The notes under the pieces were generated by a model. The model was not told the origin of the DNA. It saw only the letters and a list, made by a program, of their open reading frames with translations, and made no database searches. Of a stretch of 64,000 bases of DNA, positions 1 through 12,249 are shown piece by piece (the first letter of the stretch is position 1; each line of letters starts with the position of its first letter). The stretch is from Raja brachyura (Eukaryota). The stretch spans positions 30,194,001-30,258,000 of the forward strand of contig OY740805.1 in the NCBI GenBank assembly GCA_963514005.1, given 5' to 3'. Both the position numbers and the translations under genes were made by a program.

Positions 1-392
1 ATTTATCACATTTCAAGATAGTCTTTGAATAAAAGATACAGATGTATTCTACGCGAGTTAAACTCTGAGATATTGCACAGAATATCCAGCTCCACGAAAG
101 CAAAGTCTGAAACACACAAAAGCAATGTAGAACGCTTTAATTCCAGAAGATATGTCTGTCTACGATTTCGCGTCGCAGGCTCTGAAATTAAATTGTGTTA
201 ATAATCAAATGCAGTGACAATAGGCCCGACTGCTCTGGGTGGACATGGGGATGGGAACTGGCCTTTGTGCCATCCCCACAGTGGGAACCATTGTGGGGGG
301 ATGTTTTCATGTTTTAATGTTAAATTTCTTTAATGGTATGTTGTATTTTTATTAGTGTGCTGCAAGGACAACTGAATTACCGCTGAATAAGG

Positions 393-541
393 NNNNNNNN
401 NNNNNNNNNNNNNNNNNNNNNNNNNNNNNNNNNNNNNNNNNNNNNNNNNNNNNNNNNNNNNNNNNNNNNNNNNNNNNNNNNNNNNNNNNNNNNNNNNNNN
501 NNNNNNNNNNNNNNNNNNNNNNNNNNNNNNNNNNNNNNNNN
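393..541. other. Assembly gap (N run)
   Basis: Run of N in the sequence. Confidence 0.99.
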
Positions 542-1060
542 AATGCATTTGGTCGATGTTTAAAGACGATTGCCAAGATACAATTTTTAGCAATTGCACT
601 CACAAAGTGGGCGGGCGCGACTCACGTTGCAGCGGCCCCTACAGCCTGTCTATCTTTTTTTTATTTTTTGTCTAGTTAAATGTAGTTGTTCGTGTTTTTT
701 TTGTATTGTTTGTAACTGTGTATATGTGGGGGGTGGGGGTGGGGGAAGAGGGGGAAACTTTTAAATCTCTTCCCTGCACGGGAGACCCGACTTTTTCCCT
801 GTTGGGTATCCGTTGTCGTTGGGGCCTAGCACCGTGGAGCGGCCTCCGACCGGGACGACCTGGGTGCTCCAGTCACGGAGCTGCGGACTCACCGTCATGG
901 GGCTGGCTGGCCTCGGAGCGTGGGGAGCGGCGGTGGCTCGCCGCTGCGGTTCGACCCCGGAGCTCCAGCTCCAGCAGCAGCTGCAGACCAGTGGACTATC
1001 GGGAGCTCGCGGGTCCGGGTGGGAGACCGCTTTCCGGAGCACCCGCAACACAGCTTCTCC

Positions 1061-4000
1061 ATACATAGAAACATCGAAACATAGAAATTAGGTGCAGGAA
1101 TAGGCCATTCGGCCCTTCGAGCCCGCACCGCCATTCAATATGATCATGGCTGATCATCCAACTCAGTATCCCGTACCTGCCTTCTCTCCATACCCTCTGA
1201 TCCCCTTAGCCACAAGGGCCACATCTAACTCCCTCTTAAATATATCCAATGAACTGGCCTCAACTACCCTCTGTGGAAGAGAATTCCAGAGACCCACCAC
1301 TCTCTGTGTGAAAAAATTCCTTATCATCTCGGTCCTAAAGGATTTCCCCCTTATCCTTAAGCTGTGACCCCTTGTCCTGGGCGTCCCCAACATCGAGAAC
1401 AATCTTCCTGCATCCAGCCTGTCCAACCCCTTAAGAATCTTGTAAGTTTCTATAAGATCCCCTCTCAATCTCCTAAATTCTAGAGAGTATAAACCGAGTC
1501 TATGCAGTCTTTGTTCATAAGACAGTCCTGATATCCCAGGAATCAGTCTGGTGAACCTTCGCTGCACTCCCTCTATGGCAATAATGTCCTTCCTCAGATT
1601 TGGAGACCAGAACTGTACGCAATACTCCAGGTGTGGCCTCACCAAGACCCTATACAACTGAAGTAGAACCTCCCTGCTCCTATACTCAAATCCTTTTGCT
1701 ATGAAAGCTAACATACCATTGGCTTTCTTCACTGCCTGTTGTACCTGCATGCCTACTTTCAATGACTGGCGTACCATGGCACCCAGGTCACGCTGCATCT
1801 CCCCTTTTCCTAATCGGCCACCATTTAGATAGTAGTCGGTTTTCCTATTTTTGCCACCAAAGTGGATAACCTCACATTTATCCACATTATACTGCATCTG
1901 CCAAACATTTGCCCACTCACCCAGCCTATCCAAGTCACCTTGCATTCTCCTAGCATCCTCCTCACAGCTAACACTGCCCCCCAGCTTAGTGTCATCCGCA
2001 AACTTGGAGATATTGCCTTCAATTCCCTCATCCAGATCATTTATGTATATTGTAAATAGCTGGGGTCCCAGCACTGAGCCTTGCGGTACCCCACTAGTCA
2101 CTGCCTGCCATTGTGAAAACGACCCGTTAACTCCTACTCTTTGCTTCCTGTTTGCCAGCCAGTTCTCTATCCACATCAATGCTGAACCCCCAATGCCATA
2201 TGCTTTAAGTTTATATACTAATCGCTTATGTGGGACCTTGTCGAAAGCCTTCTGGAAGTCCAGATACACCACATCCACTGGTTCTCCCCCATCCACGCTA
2301 CTAGTTACATCCTCGAAAAATTCCACAAGATTCGTCAGACATGATTTACCTTTCGTAAATCCATGCTGACTTTGTCCAATGATTTCACCACTTTCCAAAT
2401 GTGCTGCTATCCCATCTTTAATAACTGACTCTAGCAGTTTCCCCACTACCGATGTTAGACTAACTGGTCTGTAATTCCCCGTTTTCTCTCTCCCCCCATT
2501 CTTAAAAAGAGGGGTTACGTTTGCTACCCGCCAATCCTCAGGAACTACTCCAGAATCTAAAGAGTTTTGAAAGATTATCACTAATGTATCCACTATTTCC
2601 GGAGCTACTTCCTTAAGTACTCTGGGATGCAGCCTATCTGGCCCTGGGGATTTATCGGCCTTTAATCCATTCAATTTACCCAACACCACTTCCCGACTAA
2701 CCTGGATTTCACTCAAGTACTCCTTTGACCTGCGGTCCCCTGCTATTTCCGCCAGATTATTTATGTCTTCCTTAGTGAAGACGGAACCAAAGTAGTTATT
2801 CAATAGGTCCGCCATATCCTTGTTCCCCATGATCAACTCACCTGTTTCTGACTGCAAGGGACCTACATTTGTTTTAACTAATCTCTTTCTCTTCACATAT
2901 CTATAAAAACTTTTGCAGTCAGTTTTTATGTTCCCTGCCAGTTTTCTTTCATAATCTATTTTTCCTTTCCTAATCAAGCCCTTTGTCCTTCTCTGCTTGT
3001 CTCTGAATTTCTCCCAGTCCTCTGGTATGCTGCTTTTTCTGGCTACTTTGTACGCATCATCCTTTGCTTTGATACTATCCCTGATTTCCCTTGTTATCCA
3101 CGGATGCACTACCTTCCCTGATCTATTCTTTTGCCAAATTGGGATGAACAATTTTTGTAGTTCATCCATGCAGTCTTTAAATGTCTTCCATTGCGTATCC
3201 ACCGTCAACCCTTTTAGAATTGATTGCCAGTCAATCTTGGCCAATTCACGTCTCATACCCTCAAAGTTACCTTTCCTTAAGTTCAGAACCATTGTTTCTG
3301 AATTAACAATGTCACTCTCCATCCTAATGAAGAACTCGACCATATTATGGTCACTCTTGCCCAAGGGGGCACGCACAATAAGACTGCTAACTAACCCTTC
3401 CTCATTACTCAATACCCAGTCTAAAATAGCCTGCTCTCTCGTTGGTTCCTCTACATGTTGATTTAGATAACTATCCCTCATACTTTCCAAAAAATCCTCT
3501 TCCTCAGCGCCCCTGCCAATTTGATTCACCCAATCTATATGTAGATTGAAGTCACCCATTATAACTGTTTTGCCTTTGTCGCACGCATTTCTAATTTCCT
3601 GTTTTATACCATCCCCAACTTCACTACTACTGTTAGGTGGCCTTTACACAACTCCCACTAGCGTTTTCTGCCCCTTAGTGTTTCGCAGCTCTACCCATAC
3701 CGATTCCACATGCTCGAAGCTAATGTCCTTCCTTTCCATTGCGTTAATCCCCTCTCTAACCAGCAACGCTACCCCACCTCCTTTTCATTTCTCTCTATCC
3801 CTCCTGAATATTGAATACCCCTGGATGTTCAGCTCCCAGCCTTGGTCACCCTGGAGCCATGTCTCCGTGATCCCAACTATATCATACTCATTAATAGCTA
3901 TCTGCACGTTCAACTCATCCACCTTATTACGAATACTCCTTGCATTGAGACACAAGGCCTTCAGGCTTGTTTTTACAACGCTCTTACCCCTTTCACTTTT

Positions 4001-4205
4001 CATCTTGCTCCCTATTTCTTCGACCCTCGTTTTACACCCACCTGCCTCTCTGCTCTTGTACCCATCCCCCTGCCACATTAGTTTAAATCCTCCCCGACAG
4101 CACTAGCAAACACTCCCCCAAGGACATTGGTTCCATTCCAGCCCAGGTGCAGACCGTCCTGTTTGTACTGGTCCCACCTCCCCCAGAAATGGTCCCAGTG
4201 CCCTA
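1061..4205 (-). mobile_element. CR1-clade LINE, 5'-truncated, young
   Basis: 3' tail reads (CATAGAAA)n on the + strand at ~1061-1088. ORF2 motifs: APE endonuclease (LNARSIRNK, GITETW, GDFN, SDH) and RT ([26 protein letters not shown]). The ORF1 esterase C-terminus (DGLHL) is at ~4080-4200. Confidence 0.95.
1163..4078 (-). pseudogene. CR1 ORF2 (endonuclease + reverse transcriptase) with two premature stops
   Basis: ORFs 3785-4078 and 1163-3559 share one frame. The stops are TGA at 3785-3787 and TAA at 3644-3646 (in VVY-RPP). The 798 codons downstream are open. Confidence 0.9.
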
Positions 4206-4756
4206 AGTGCTCCAGTGTCCCAGTGCTCCAGCCCGTGTCGCGGGGTTGGAGCGACCTGGAGCGGGGCCATACATCGCCCGGCGCGGCTTTAATGGCCGCG
4301 GGACATTCCAGCGCCCGCCGGGGGCTCCAACTGTGACCTTTGGGCCTAGAGCGGGGCCGTATATCGCCCGGCGCTACCTCAATGGCCGTGCGACTTAACA
4401 CCGCCCGGCTGCAGCTTCGACCTCGGGAGAGAAATGGTGCGGGGGAGAGAGAAGACTTTGCCTTCCATCACAGTGACGAGGAGATTCACTGTGATGGATG
4501 TTTGTGTGAATTGAATTGTCTGTGTATTTTTTTTTTATGAATTGTGTATGGCTTGTAGAAACCGAGTTGCGTTCGAGCCTCTCTGAGGTTCGAATGACAA
4601 GTAATAAAATCAAATCAAATCAAATCAAATCAAATCAAATCAATTTTTAGCAATTGAATGGCATTTTATACTTCGTCATTGCCGGTTTCAAAATGTGTAT
4701 GTGATCGACTGGTGGCATTGACTCTGAAGCCTTATCACGTGTTTTTAACATTACAG

Positions 4757-4792
4757 TTCCAAGAGAAAAGACTTCTGTTGGCGGCCAATCAG
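4757..4792 (+). other. Candidate 36-nt phase-1 micro-exon (xPREKTSVGGQS)
   Basis: ttttaacattacag|...tcag|gtatat. Confidence 0.45.
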
Positions 4793-5104
4793 GTATATTG
4801 ATTATATTTTAATGTATGTGCCAACTAAACAAAACCTCGCCGCACAATGACGTTCCGTTAACAGCCTGAACGATCACCAAATAAAGCACGTTGGCAAAAA
4901 TGCAATTTTCTATTCATAGAATGAGCCGCCTTTGTACTTTGTACACAATGAAACATGTTAATTTGCTCATGACCAATGAATAACCGAAGACGGTAAAAAC
5001 ATCCGAGCGGATAGTGTTGCATTTAGGCATATAATCGAATTTTCTAAATTAATCATGCGTTTTATTATTTCCGTGGGAAATTATTTGAACATCTTGAAGT
5101 ATAG

Positions 5105-5530
5105 TGCTAACTACATCAATGAGCTCCCCTGTCGAGACCAATCGAATTTCTAGAATTTTCACGTTAATTCGAACATGGAAGGAAATATTTCAACTATGAA
5201 CTTAAAGATAGAAAGGGGGAAGGCGGGCAATTTCCAATTCGACCATGCACTGCCTGAGGCGAAATAAATGCTTCCATTCAGGGAGATAGAGGAGAACTTT
5301 ATGTGGGAATAGGAAATAACAAACAATATTGCGTAGCATTGTGAGTGTGAAAGTGACAGTTATGTATAGTAATTTGCAAACGACAGGTGAACTAATCTAA
5401 CCCAGTTTCAAGTTTGCGCTTGGGAATTGCAATGTTGTCGATCTTGCACACCCTCCACGTAACTGGTTATGTTTATACCGGTTACTCTCGTTTCATCAGA
5501 CATCCGAGAGACAGGTTAATTATAAATGAA
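5105..5530 (+). pseudogene. Possible highly decayed B30.2 (PRY-SPRY) exon
   Basis: Mixed-frame fragments FRPC, CFHSGR*, LYVGIGNNKQYCVAL and PPR..LLSFHQ. They follow the order of the SPRY motifs RFDxxPCVLG, GFxSGRHYWEV and RVGVYLDY..LSFY. Judged by eye only. Confidence 0.3.
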
Positions 5531-7104
5531 ACACACAGAATAATTAAGTAACTCAGCAAAACAGGCAGCATATCTGGGGAGAAGCTATTGGTGACGTTGT
5601 AGCGGCGCCTGCTGACGCACGTAGCTATCGAACCCGGCGTTCGGAAGCCGCGGTCACGTGGCTCGGGAGGGGCTGATAGGGGCTACTATCACGCGGTAGG
5701 AGCTCTGCCACAGACTCTGCCTCGAGGCTGTTGCCTTATATCAGAGACCCGCTGACGATCGCTAAGTACGATGGTTTGAAGGCATTCCTGCTCCACACCT
5801 TCGGTATCAGCAGTAGAGACAGGGCGGCGAAGATCCTGCGCATGGACAGTGTCGGGGACTCTCATCTACCATCATGGCAAATATGCCAGACCTGACGGAC
5901 GGGCACCACCCATGTCTGCCCAGACGAAGTCCGCCTGATGCTCGGCGGGGCTGATTTCTGCGATACCCAACATCTCGCAGAGAGAGTCGACGAGTTGTGG
6001 GCCACAGACGGCGGGAAGTTTATGCCTTCACCCACTCCCGTCACGGTGCGGGTGCAACAGAGACGAAATCGGAAGAGCAAGTCCAGCCCAGCGCCGAGGA
6101 AGCACCGACACCGCCGGACATGTGCAGCCGAGGACGTTGGTGCTACTGCCATCGCCGCCACAGTGCCGAACCCCGAAGATGCCGAAGCCCCTGTTCGTTT
6201 CAGGGAAATGCCTCGGCCGATCGCCCATAGATGCTAACGCGATCGGCAAAAACGAACGGCTCGACCTCCTTGATAGCCACATCGTCCACCATTTCCTGGT
6301 CGACTCCGGTGCACATCCAGCATCCTTCTACCGACCGCCCGAGATATCCGCGTCCGAATGGTAGGACCCGTCCTCTCGGCCGTCAACGTGAGTGACATTC
6401 TCACTTACGGAACGCGGAACCTGGACTTATATTTCGACACCCACCCGTATAGGTGAACATTCGTATATGTGACGTCGCCCAGCCGATATTGGGGGACTGA
6501 TTTCCTGTGCACGTTCCCCATGTTAGTCGGTGTGCGAGGCGGCATCATGGTTCCAGTGTCCGACCTGAGCCCTGCCATGCCGTGCAACCCGTCCACGCGC
6601 CAACAGCAACTCGACGAGGTAGTTGAGATCCAGCAATCTTTCGCGGCCCTTCTGACTGAATTTCCAGGGTTGCTCACGCCTCGGTTCGACGGGGCCGCGC
6701 CCCGTCATGGCGTGTTCCACAACACACCCACCGAGGGCCCATCGGTTCACGCCCGCGCGCCGCCTGCTGCCCGATAAACTGCGCATCGCACGAGACGAGT
6801 TCCAGCTCATGGAAGGCATGGGGATTGTCGGATAACCTTTGGGCTTCCGTTCTGCAAATGGTGCCCAAAGCGTTCGGGGGTTGGATAACTTGTGGTGATT
6901 ACAGGCGTTTCAATGCCGTAACCTCGACAGATCGGTACCTAGTCCCGAACATCCTAGAATTCTCGGCTCATTTGGAGGGCGCAACCTTCTTCTCGAAGGT
7001 TGACATCTTCCGCGGATATAAGCAGATTCCGGTCCATGCCGACGACGTCCCTACGACGGCCACCATCAACCCTTTCGGTCTTTTCGAATGGCTAAGAATG
7101 CGTG

Positions 7105-7230
7105 GTGGACAAAAGTGCTGGAGAAACTCAGCGGGTGCAGCAACATCTATAGAGCGAAGGAAATAGGCAATGTTTCGGGCCGAAACCCTTCTTCAGACTG
7201 ATGTAGCGTGGGAAAAAGGGTACGAAAGTC
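7105..7230 (-). mobile_element. Penelope-like repeat fragment with a minimal hammerhead-like motif, inside the Gypsy RT
   Basis: The - strand at 7171-7197 reads CTGAAGA-A-GGGT-TTCG-GCCC-GAAAC. Confidence 0.55.
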
Positions 7231-7239
7231 AAAGTCAAA

Positions 7240-7940
7240 GTCCCTTGAAGGCAGTCACGGGTGAAATTATTAAGGGCAACAAGGAAATGGCAGAGGATTT
7301 GAATTAGGTACTTCGGATCTATCCTCACTAAGGAAGACACAAACAATCTGCCAGATGCACTGGAGGATCTAACGGGCTAGAGGAACTGAAATAAATTATC
7401 ATTAGGCGAGAAATAGTATTGAGTAGGCTAATGGGACTGAAGGATGATAAATCCCCTGGCCTGATGGTCTGCATCCCAGGGTGCTCAGGGAGGTGGCGCT
7501 CGAAATAGTGGACGCATTGGTGTTCCTTTTCCAATGTTAAATAGATTCAGGATCAGTTCCTGTGGATTGGAGGATAGCTAATGTTATCCACTGTTCATGA
7601 AAGGAACGAGAGAGAGAAGGGGGAATTAAATAAACCTGACTTCCGTGGTGGGAAAGATGGTAGGGTGAATTATTAAAGATCTAATAATGGAGCATTTTGG
7701 ATAGCAGTAAAATGATTAGTCCAAGTCAACGTGGATTTATGAGAGAGAAATCATGCGTGACTAATCTTTTGGAATTTTTTGAGAATGTGACAAGTAAAAT
7801 GGATGAAGGGGTGCTAGTGCATGTAGTGCATCTAGCCTTTCAGAAAGCCTTTGATAAGGTCCCGCACGGTAGTGTGCTGACTAAAATTAGAGCACAAGTT
7901 ATTGGTGGTAGGGTATTGACATCGATAGAAAATTGGTTAT
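7240..7940 (+). mobile_element. Internal CR1 ORF2 fragment inside the Gypsy RT
   Basis: [30 protein letters not shown]. Confidence 0.85.
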
Positions 7941-10710
7941 CAGAAAGTCGCAAGCACGGGTCGGTGATCAACCCTGTGAAGTGCCAGTTCGGATTGCGCT
8001 CCATCTCATTTTTGGGACACAACATTACCTGCTACGGCGCACTGCCGCTGGCCGAGGAGGTAGACGCAATTCGTCGCTTCTCGAGGCCACTATCCGTCAA
8101 GGGCCTGCAAACATTAATTGAAATTGTCAATTTCTACCACCGATTCGTCCCGTCAGCAGCCGCCATCAGGCGGTTGTTGTTCCAGTGTCTAGCAGGCATG
8201 CCTAAAGACCTGGTCTGGTCCAAGGAGGCTGCGATAGCTTTCCAGGGAGCTAACACAGCGTTGGCCAACGCCACCATGCCGGAACACCTTGGAGAACCGC
8301 CAGTAACGGCCCTCACCATGGACGCATCTGCCGTCGCGGTGGGTGCTGTCCTTGAGCAGCGGGGAGGTAGCTGCTGGGTGCCGTTGGCGTTTTTCAGCGG
8401 GCAGCTGCGGGCCTCGGAGTTCGAGTACAGGGCTTTCGATCGGGAGCTCCACGCGCTTTGCCTGGCGATCCGCCGGTTCCTTTATTTCCTGGAGGGGCGC
8501 GCGTTTACCGCATCCACAGACAACCGCATTCACGTTCGCTTTGAATAAGGTGTCCGATCCCTGGTCCGCCATGCAACAGTGGCACCTCGCCTATATATCC
8601 GAGTTCACGACTGAATTTCGGTACATGGCGGGGAAGCTGAACGTTGTGGCTGACGCGTTGTGGCTGATGCGCTGTCCCTGAGGTTTCCGCGTCAAGCATC
8701 GGTGTGGATTACGCGGAGCTGGCCGCTGCCCAACGGTCTGATTCCGGCATAGGCGATTACAGTAATGCTGAATCGGGCCTTAAATTGGCTGAGATTCCCT
8801 GCGGCGCCGCCGGCGTGCGTGTCCTTTGCGATGTGTCAACGGGCAAAGCCCACCCTATTGTCCCGATTGCCTGGAGGCGTCCGATTTTTGACACCACCGA
8901 CAGTCTGGCTCTCCCATCCATTCGCGCCACCTCTGCCCTGGTCGCAGTTAAGTTTGTCTGCCGCGGGTTACGAAAGCAGGTCGCAATATGGGCCCGCTCT
9001 TGTATCCCCTGTCAAACTTCCAAGGTGCAGAGGCATGTGCGCCCGCCCGTGCAGGATTTCGCTGTTACAGACGGCAGGTTCCTGCACATCGATGACGACC
9101 TGATGGGTCACTTGCGTGTTTGCGTGGGGCCACTCACTAACTAACTATTGTAGATAGGTTCAGCAGGTGCGCCCTCCGCTGATGCTTTCGCATGGGTCAT
9201 TGTCTCCCTTTGGATCGCTTGTTTCCGGGTAACTTCAGATATTACTATCGATTGTGGGGACCAGTTCACGTCCTCCCTGTGGTGTGGTATGGTGTAACTG
9301 TACGGCGCGAAGCAGCACCAGACAATTACGTACCGTTCGGAATCGAACGGTTTACTTGAGCGTTTCCACAGACACATCCAGTCGACGTTGAAAGCCCGGC
9401 TCACCGACCCCAATTGGGTTTATCAGTTGCCCTGGGTTCTCCTAGGCATCAGAACTATGCTTAAGGAAGACCTCAACGCCTCCTCGGCTGTGCTGGTTTA
9501 TGGCTCGTTTTTGCGGATACCTGGGGATTTTCTGCCCGCCACCCATGATCAAGAGGTCCCGGCTTCGGCGTTGCTAGCTGACCTTCGCTAACGGGCGTGC
9601 GCGTTAGCCCCGGTTCCCACTTCCCGACACGGGTCAGCGGCGGTGCATGTGCCTACTATGTAATGGGATTGTGCTTATACTTTCCTTCGTAGGGATGCCC
9701 ACGGCTCGTCGTTACAGCGGGTGTACGAAGGTACATCGACATTTACGTTGGACATGGGTGGCAGGGAGGAGTTCGTCTCCGTCAGCCGCTTTAAGCCATC
9801 CCACGGTGATGAAGATAGCCCGGTGGTGGTGGCCACTCCGCGGCGTAGTGGGCGCCCCCCGGCCGTTTAGCCGCCCTCTGTACCTGTTACCCCCGGTGAT
9901 GTTCCACCGACCCTTTATGTTACGCCCGTCCATCCTTGGCGTTTGTCGCGTCCCCCCCGGTTCTGTTTAGCGGCCCCAACTTTTACAACCGCCCCGGGAC
10001 CTCGGAATACGCGTTGCGGTCGAACCGTACGGTTACCCGTGCGTTTCCCTGCCGCGGATTCTGGGAGGGGGGGGGGGGGGGTGGTGGTGGTGGGTGGGGC
10101 ATGTAGCGGCGGCTGCTGGCGCACGAAGCTATCGAACGCGTTCGGAAGCCGCTGTCACATGACTCGGGAGGGGCTGCTGTTTTCGCGCGGTTTCGCTTTC
10201 GCGCGGCAGTTGTGTGTTGACCACCTTTGTGGCCAGAGGTGTTTGTGAGGACCTGTATATCAAGGAGTTGTTTCTGAAATAAATAAGTGCATAAAAACTT
10301 GGTTGCCTTTCTTACATCCACCAAAACGTTACGGTTCGTGACCTATTTTTCCGATACGAAACTCACCCATTCCTTCTCAGCGGAAATGTTGCCTGTTCCG
10401 CGAATTACTCCTGCATTGTGTGTATATGCTTGGGGTAAACCAGTATCTGCCGTTACCTCCGAAAAAAAGGTAAATGAGTCCGTGGTGCTGGGAAGGAGCA
10501 AGTAAATCACTGGCAAGCGGATGTGCTTGCGAGGTGAATGAGCTGCATTGTTGCAAGACATAATTAAAAGGGGAGCTACAGGTGGAATTGCTGTGGAAGG
10601 GGAGGCGGCCTGGACTCCTTGGTGTTACTAACCTCCTACTGAGTCACAGTAAGGAACAAAATGTTTTCAGTGTGTTTTGGAAACTTAAATTTGGATTAAT
10701 TTATTTTCAG

Positions 10711-10737
10711 ATTTTCGGAGACTATTCAAAGTTTTAA
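10711..10737 (+). other. Candidate 27-nt phase-1 micro-exon (xFRRLFKVL)
   Basis: ttattttcag|...|gtaagt, consensus splice sites. Confidence 0.5.
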
Positions 10738-11050
10738 GTAAGTAACAGTGTATCCATATGTTGGACAACGTGTTAACATAGTACTGATAAGTAAGATGCA
10801 AAATGCGTAATGCATTGATCAAACAATCATAGATTTGAACGTTCAATTCAAAATCGTATAACGTGACATGTTATAATTATAGGGAAATACTGCATTTGAT
10901 AGTAAATTTCTTGAGAAATAATTAAAATATTTCGCGCCATTAGGAGTACAATCATCACTCTGGAATAGCATTCCATAAAAAAAGTAATTTCCAACCACGT
11001 TTGGTTTTCAAGTTGGCCTATGTATTTCATGCTCACAGCTTGGCAAGAGT

Positions 11051-11325
11051 GGCAGCAAGGTGGCGCAGTTGCAAATTTGTCGGATTCGATCGCCACTTGA
11101 GTGCTGTCTGTACGGAGTATGTACTTTCTCTCCGTGATCTGCGTAGAATCTCCGGTTTCCTCCCGCACTCCAAAGATACACAGGTGTGTAGGTTAATTGG
11201 CTTTGTAAATGTTTTTAAAATTGACCCTTGTGGGGATAGCATGGTGTTATTGTGTGGGGATCGCTGGTCGGCGCGGTCTCGGTGTGCCAAAATGGGCACT
11301 TTCCGCGTGGTATCTCAAAACTAAC
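11051..11325 (+). mobile_element. tRNA-derived V-SINE (HE1-like)
   Basis: A-box GGTGGCGCAG, B-box-like GGATTCGATC, and V-domain core CTCCGGTTTCCTCCCGCACTCCAAAGA..GGTTAATTGG. Confidence 0.8.
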
Positions 11326-11947
11326 ACGGTTTTAAGATCTGACTATATTCCTGAGCAAGACATTCAGTTACATTCTTATATTGAGTTAATGCACAAGGAA
11401 ATCAATCGTACGTCAGACGAAGGATGAATGCGTGCCATTGATATCGGTCAGTTGTTGGACCTTCCCTGTTGTTTCCGTTCACACGCTTTTCGCCAATTTA
11501 TGAATGGACGTGAATAGACTGCGCCATATGTATGCATAGGCTTGATTTTTGGACACGTTGAGCGCTGTTGGTGGAGTTTTAAAGGGAAGGCTATCTTACT
11601 ATTGGTGTTAATTAATTATTGGATGTTGAATCCATGTTCATGATTACTAGCGCCAGTGGTCTCCAGTAGAGTTCCTGAATATTTTCTTATGTAGCTTTTT
11701 AAATGGTTGTGGGACCGAAGCGAACGTTTGCAGTTCTTCTTTGTTGAAAATCGACAAAACAGGTTGTCCAACAATTATCAATAATATAATGACATTGGAT
11801 TTGGAGTATTCTCGCCCTCGAAATATTATATTCACTAATGCAGGCAATACAAGGAACTGGGTCCTGAACATGAACGTCTAACTGACCTGGATATTAGTCG
11901 TGTCAATGCTATACTTTAGGTAATTTGTGAGGATGACTTGATTTTAG

Positions 11948-12223
11948 TTACCTTGCATTGCAAAGCCCTCCCCAAAATTGCGCATTGCCTGATTTCGAAC
12001 GGAGTGTAAAACAACAAGTGCAAATGGGAAATTGTTTAACCCATGCTACATCGATCAAGAAGCAAGCTCACTTCAATTTCAATAATCAGTGTGAATCCGG
12101 CAAAAGAGTAGAGACCGGGATTCAAGCCATCGCCAGCTTAATCATTGAAATCCACGACAAAGTGATGATATATTTTGTTGTCACAGAACCAACCTGTGCC
12201 TCCTCTCAAATTTCTCATAGAAA
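11948..12223 (+). pseudogene. Possible decayed IgV-like exon
   Basis: ttttag acceptor; fragments VTLHC, KW, KRVE..ASLII and SDDIFCC in mixed frames. Confidence 0.25.
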
Positions 12224-12249
12224 GTAAATGTGTATTTATTTAATGTATT

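Larger units (their letters stand above)
597..4640 (+). mobile_element. Non-autonomous SINE-like retroelement (parts ~597-1060 and ~4206-4640) split by a CR1 insertion
   Basis: 16-bp direct repeat CAATTTTTAGCAATTG at 581-596 and 4641-4656 (TSD). 3' hairpin TTCGAGCCTC-TCT-GAGGTTCGAA, then TGACAAGTAATAAA and a (CAAAT)n tail. Ends resemble - strand copies at ~14735-15460 and (5' end only) ~27225-27870. Confidence 0.75.
5598..10325 (+). mobile_element. Gypsy/Ty3 LTR retrotransposon, decayed
   Basis: LTRs both begin TGTAGCGGCG (5598 remnant; 10102-10325). G-rich PPT at ~10062-10101. 4-bp TSD ACGT (5594-5597 / 10326-10329). Motifs: protease FLVDSGA; RT CGDYRRFN, FSKVD, PFGLFE; RNase H DAS..AVGAVL, FDRELHAL, NVVADA; integrase WARSCIPCQ, LLERFHR. 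Confidence 0.9.
5530..10460. mobile_element. Penelope-like palindromic repeat (arms ~5530-5597 and ~10326-10460) split by the Gypsy element
   Basis: The left arm GTAACTCAGC..CAGGCAGCAT..GGTGACGT continues after the Gypsy into the inverted arm ATGTTGCCTG..GAATTACTC. Confidence 0.55.

Noticed and set aside
330-603. ORFs spanning N runs (also 60498-60939)
   Set aside because: Artefacts of translating through assembly gaps.
1825-4106. Alternative-frame and antisense ORFs over CR1, and similar ones over the Gypsy and Tx1 ORFs
   Set aside because: Shadow ORFs of transposon coding sequence.
11051-11110. tRNA gene
   Set aside because: Decayed SINE head with no cloverleaf.
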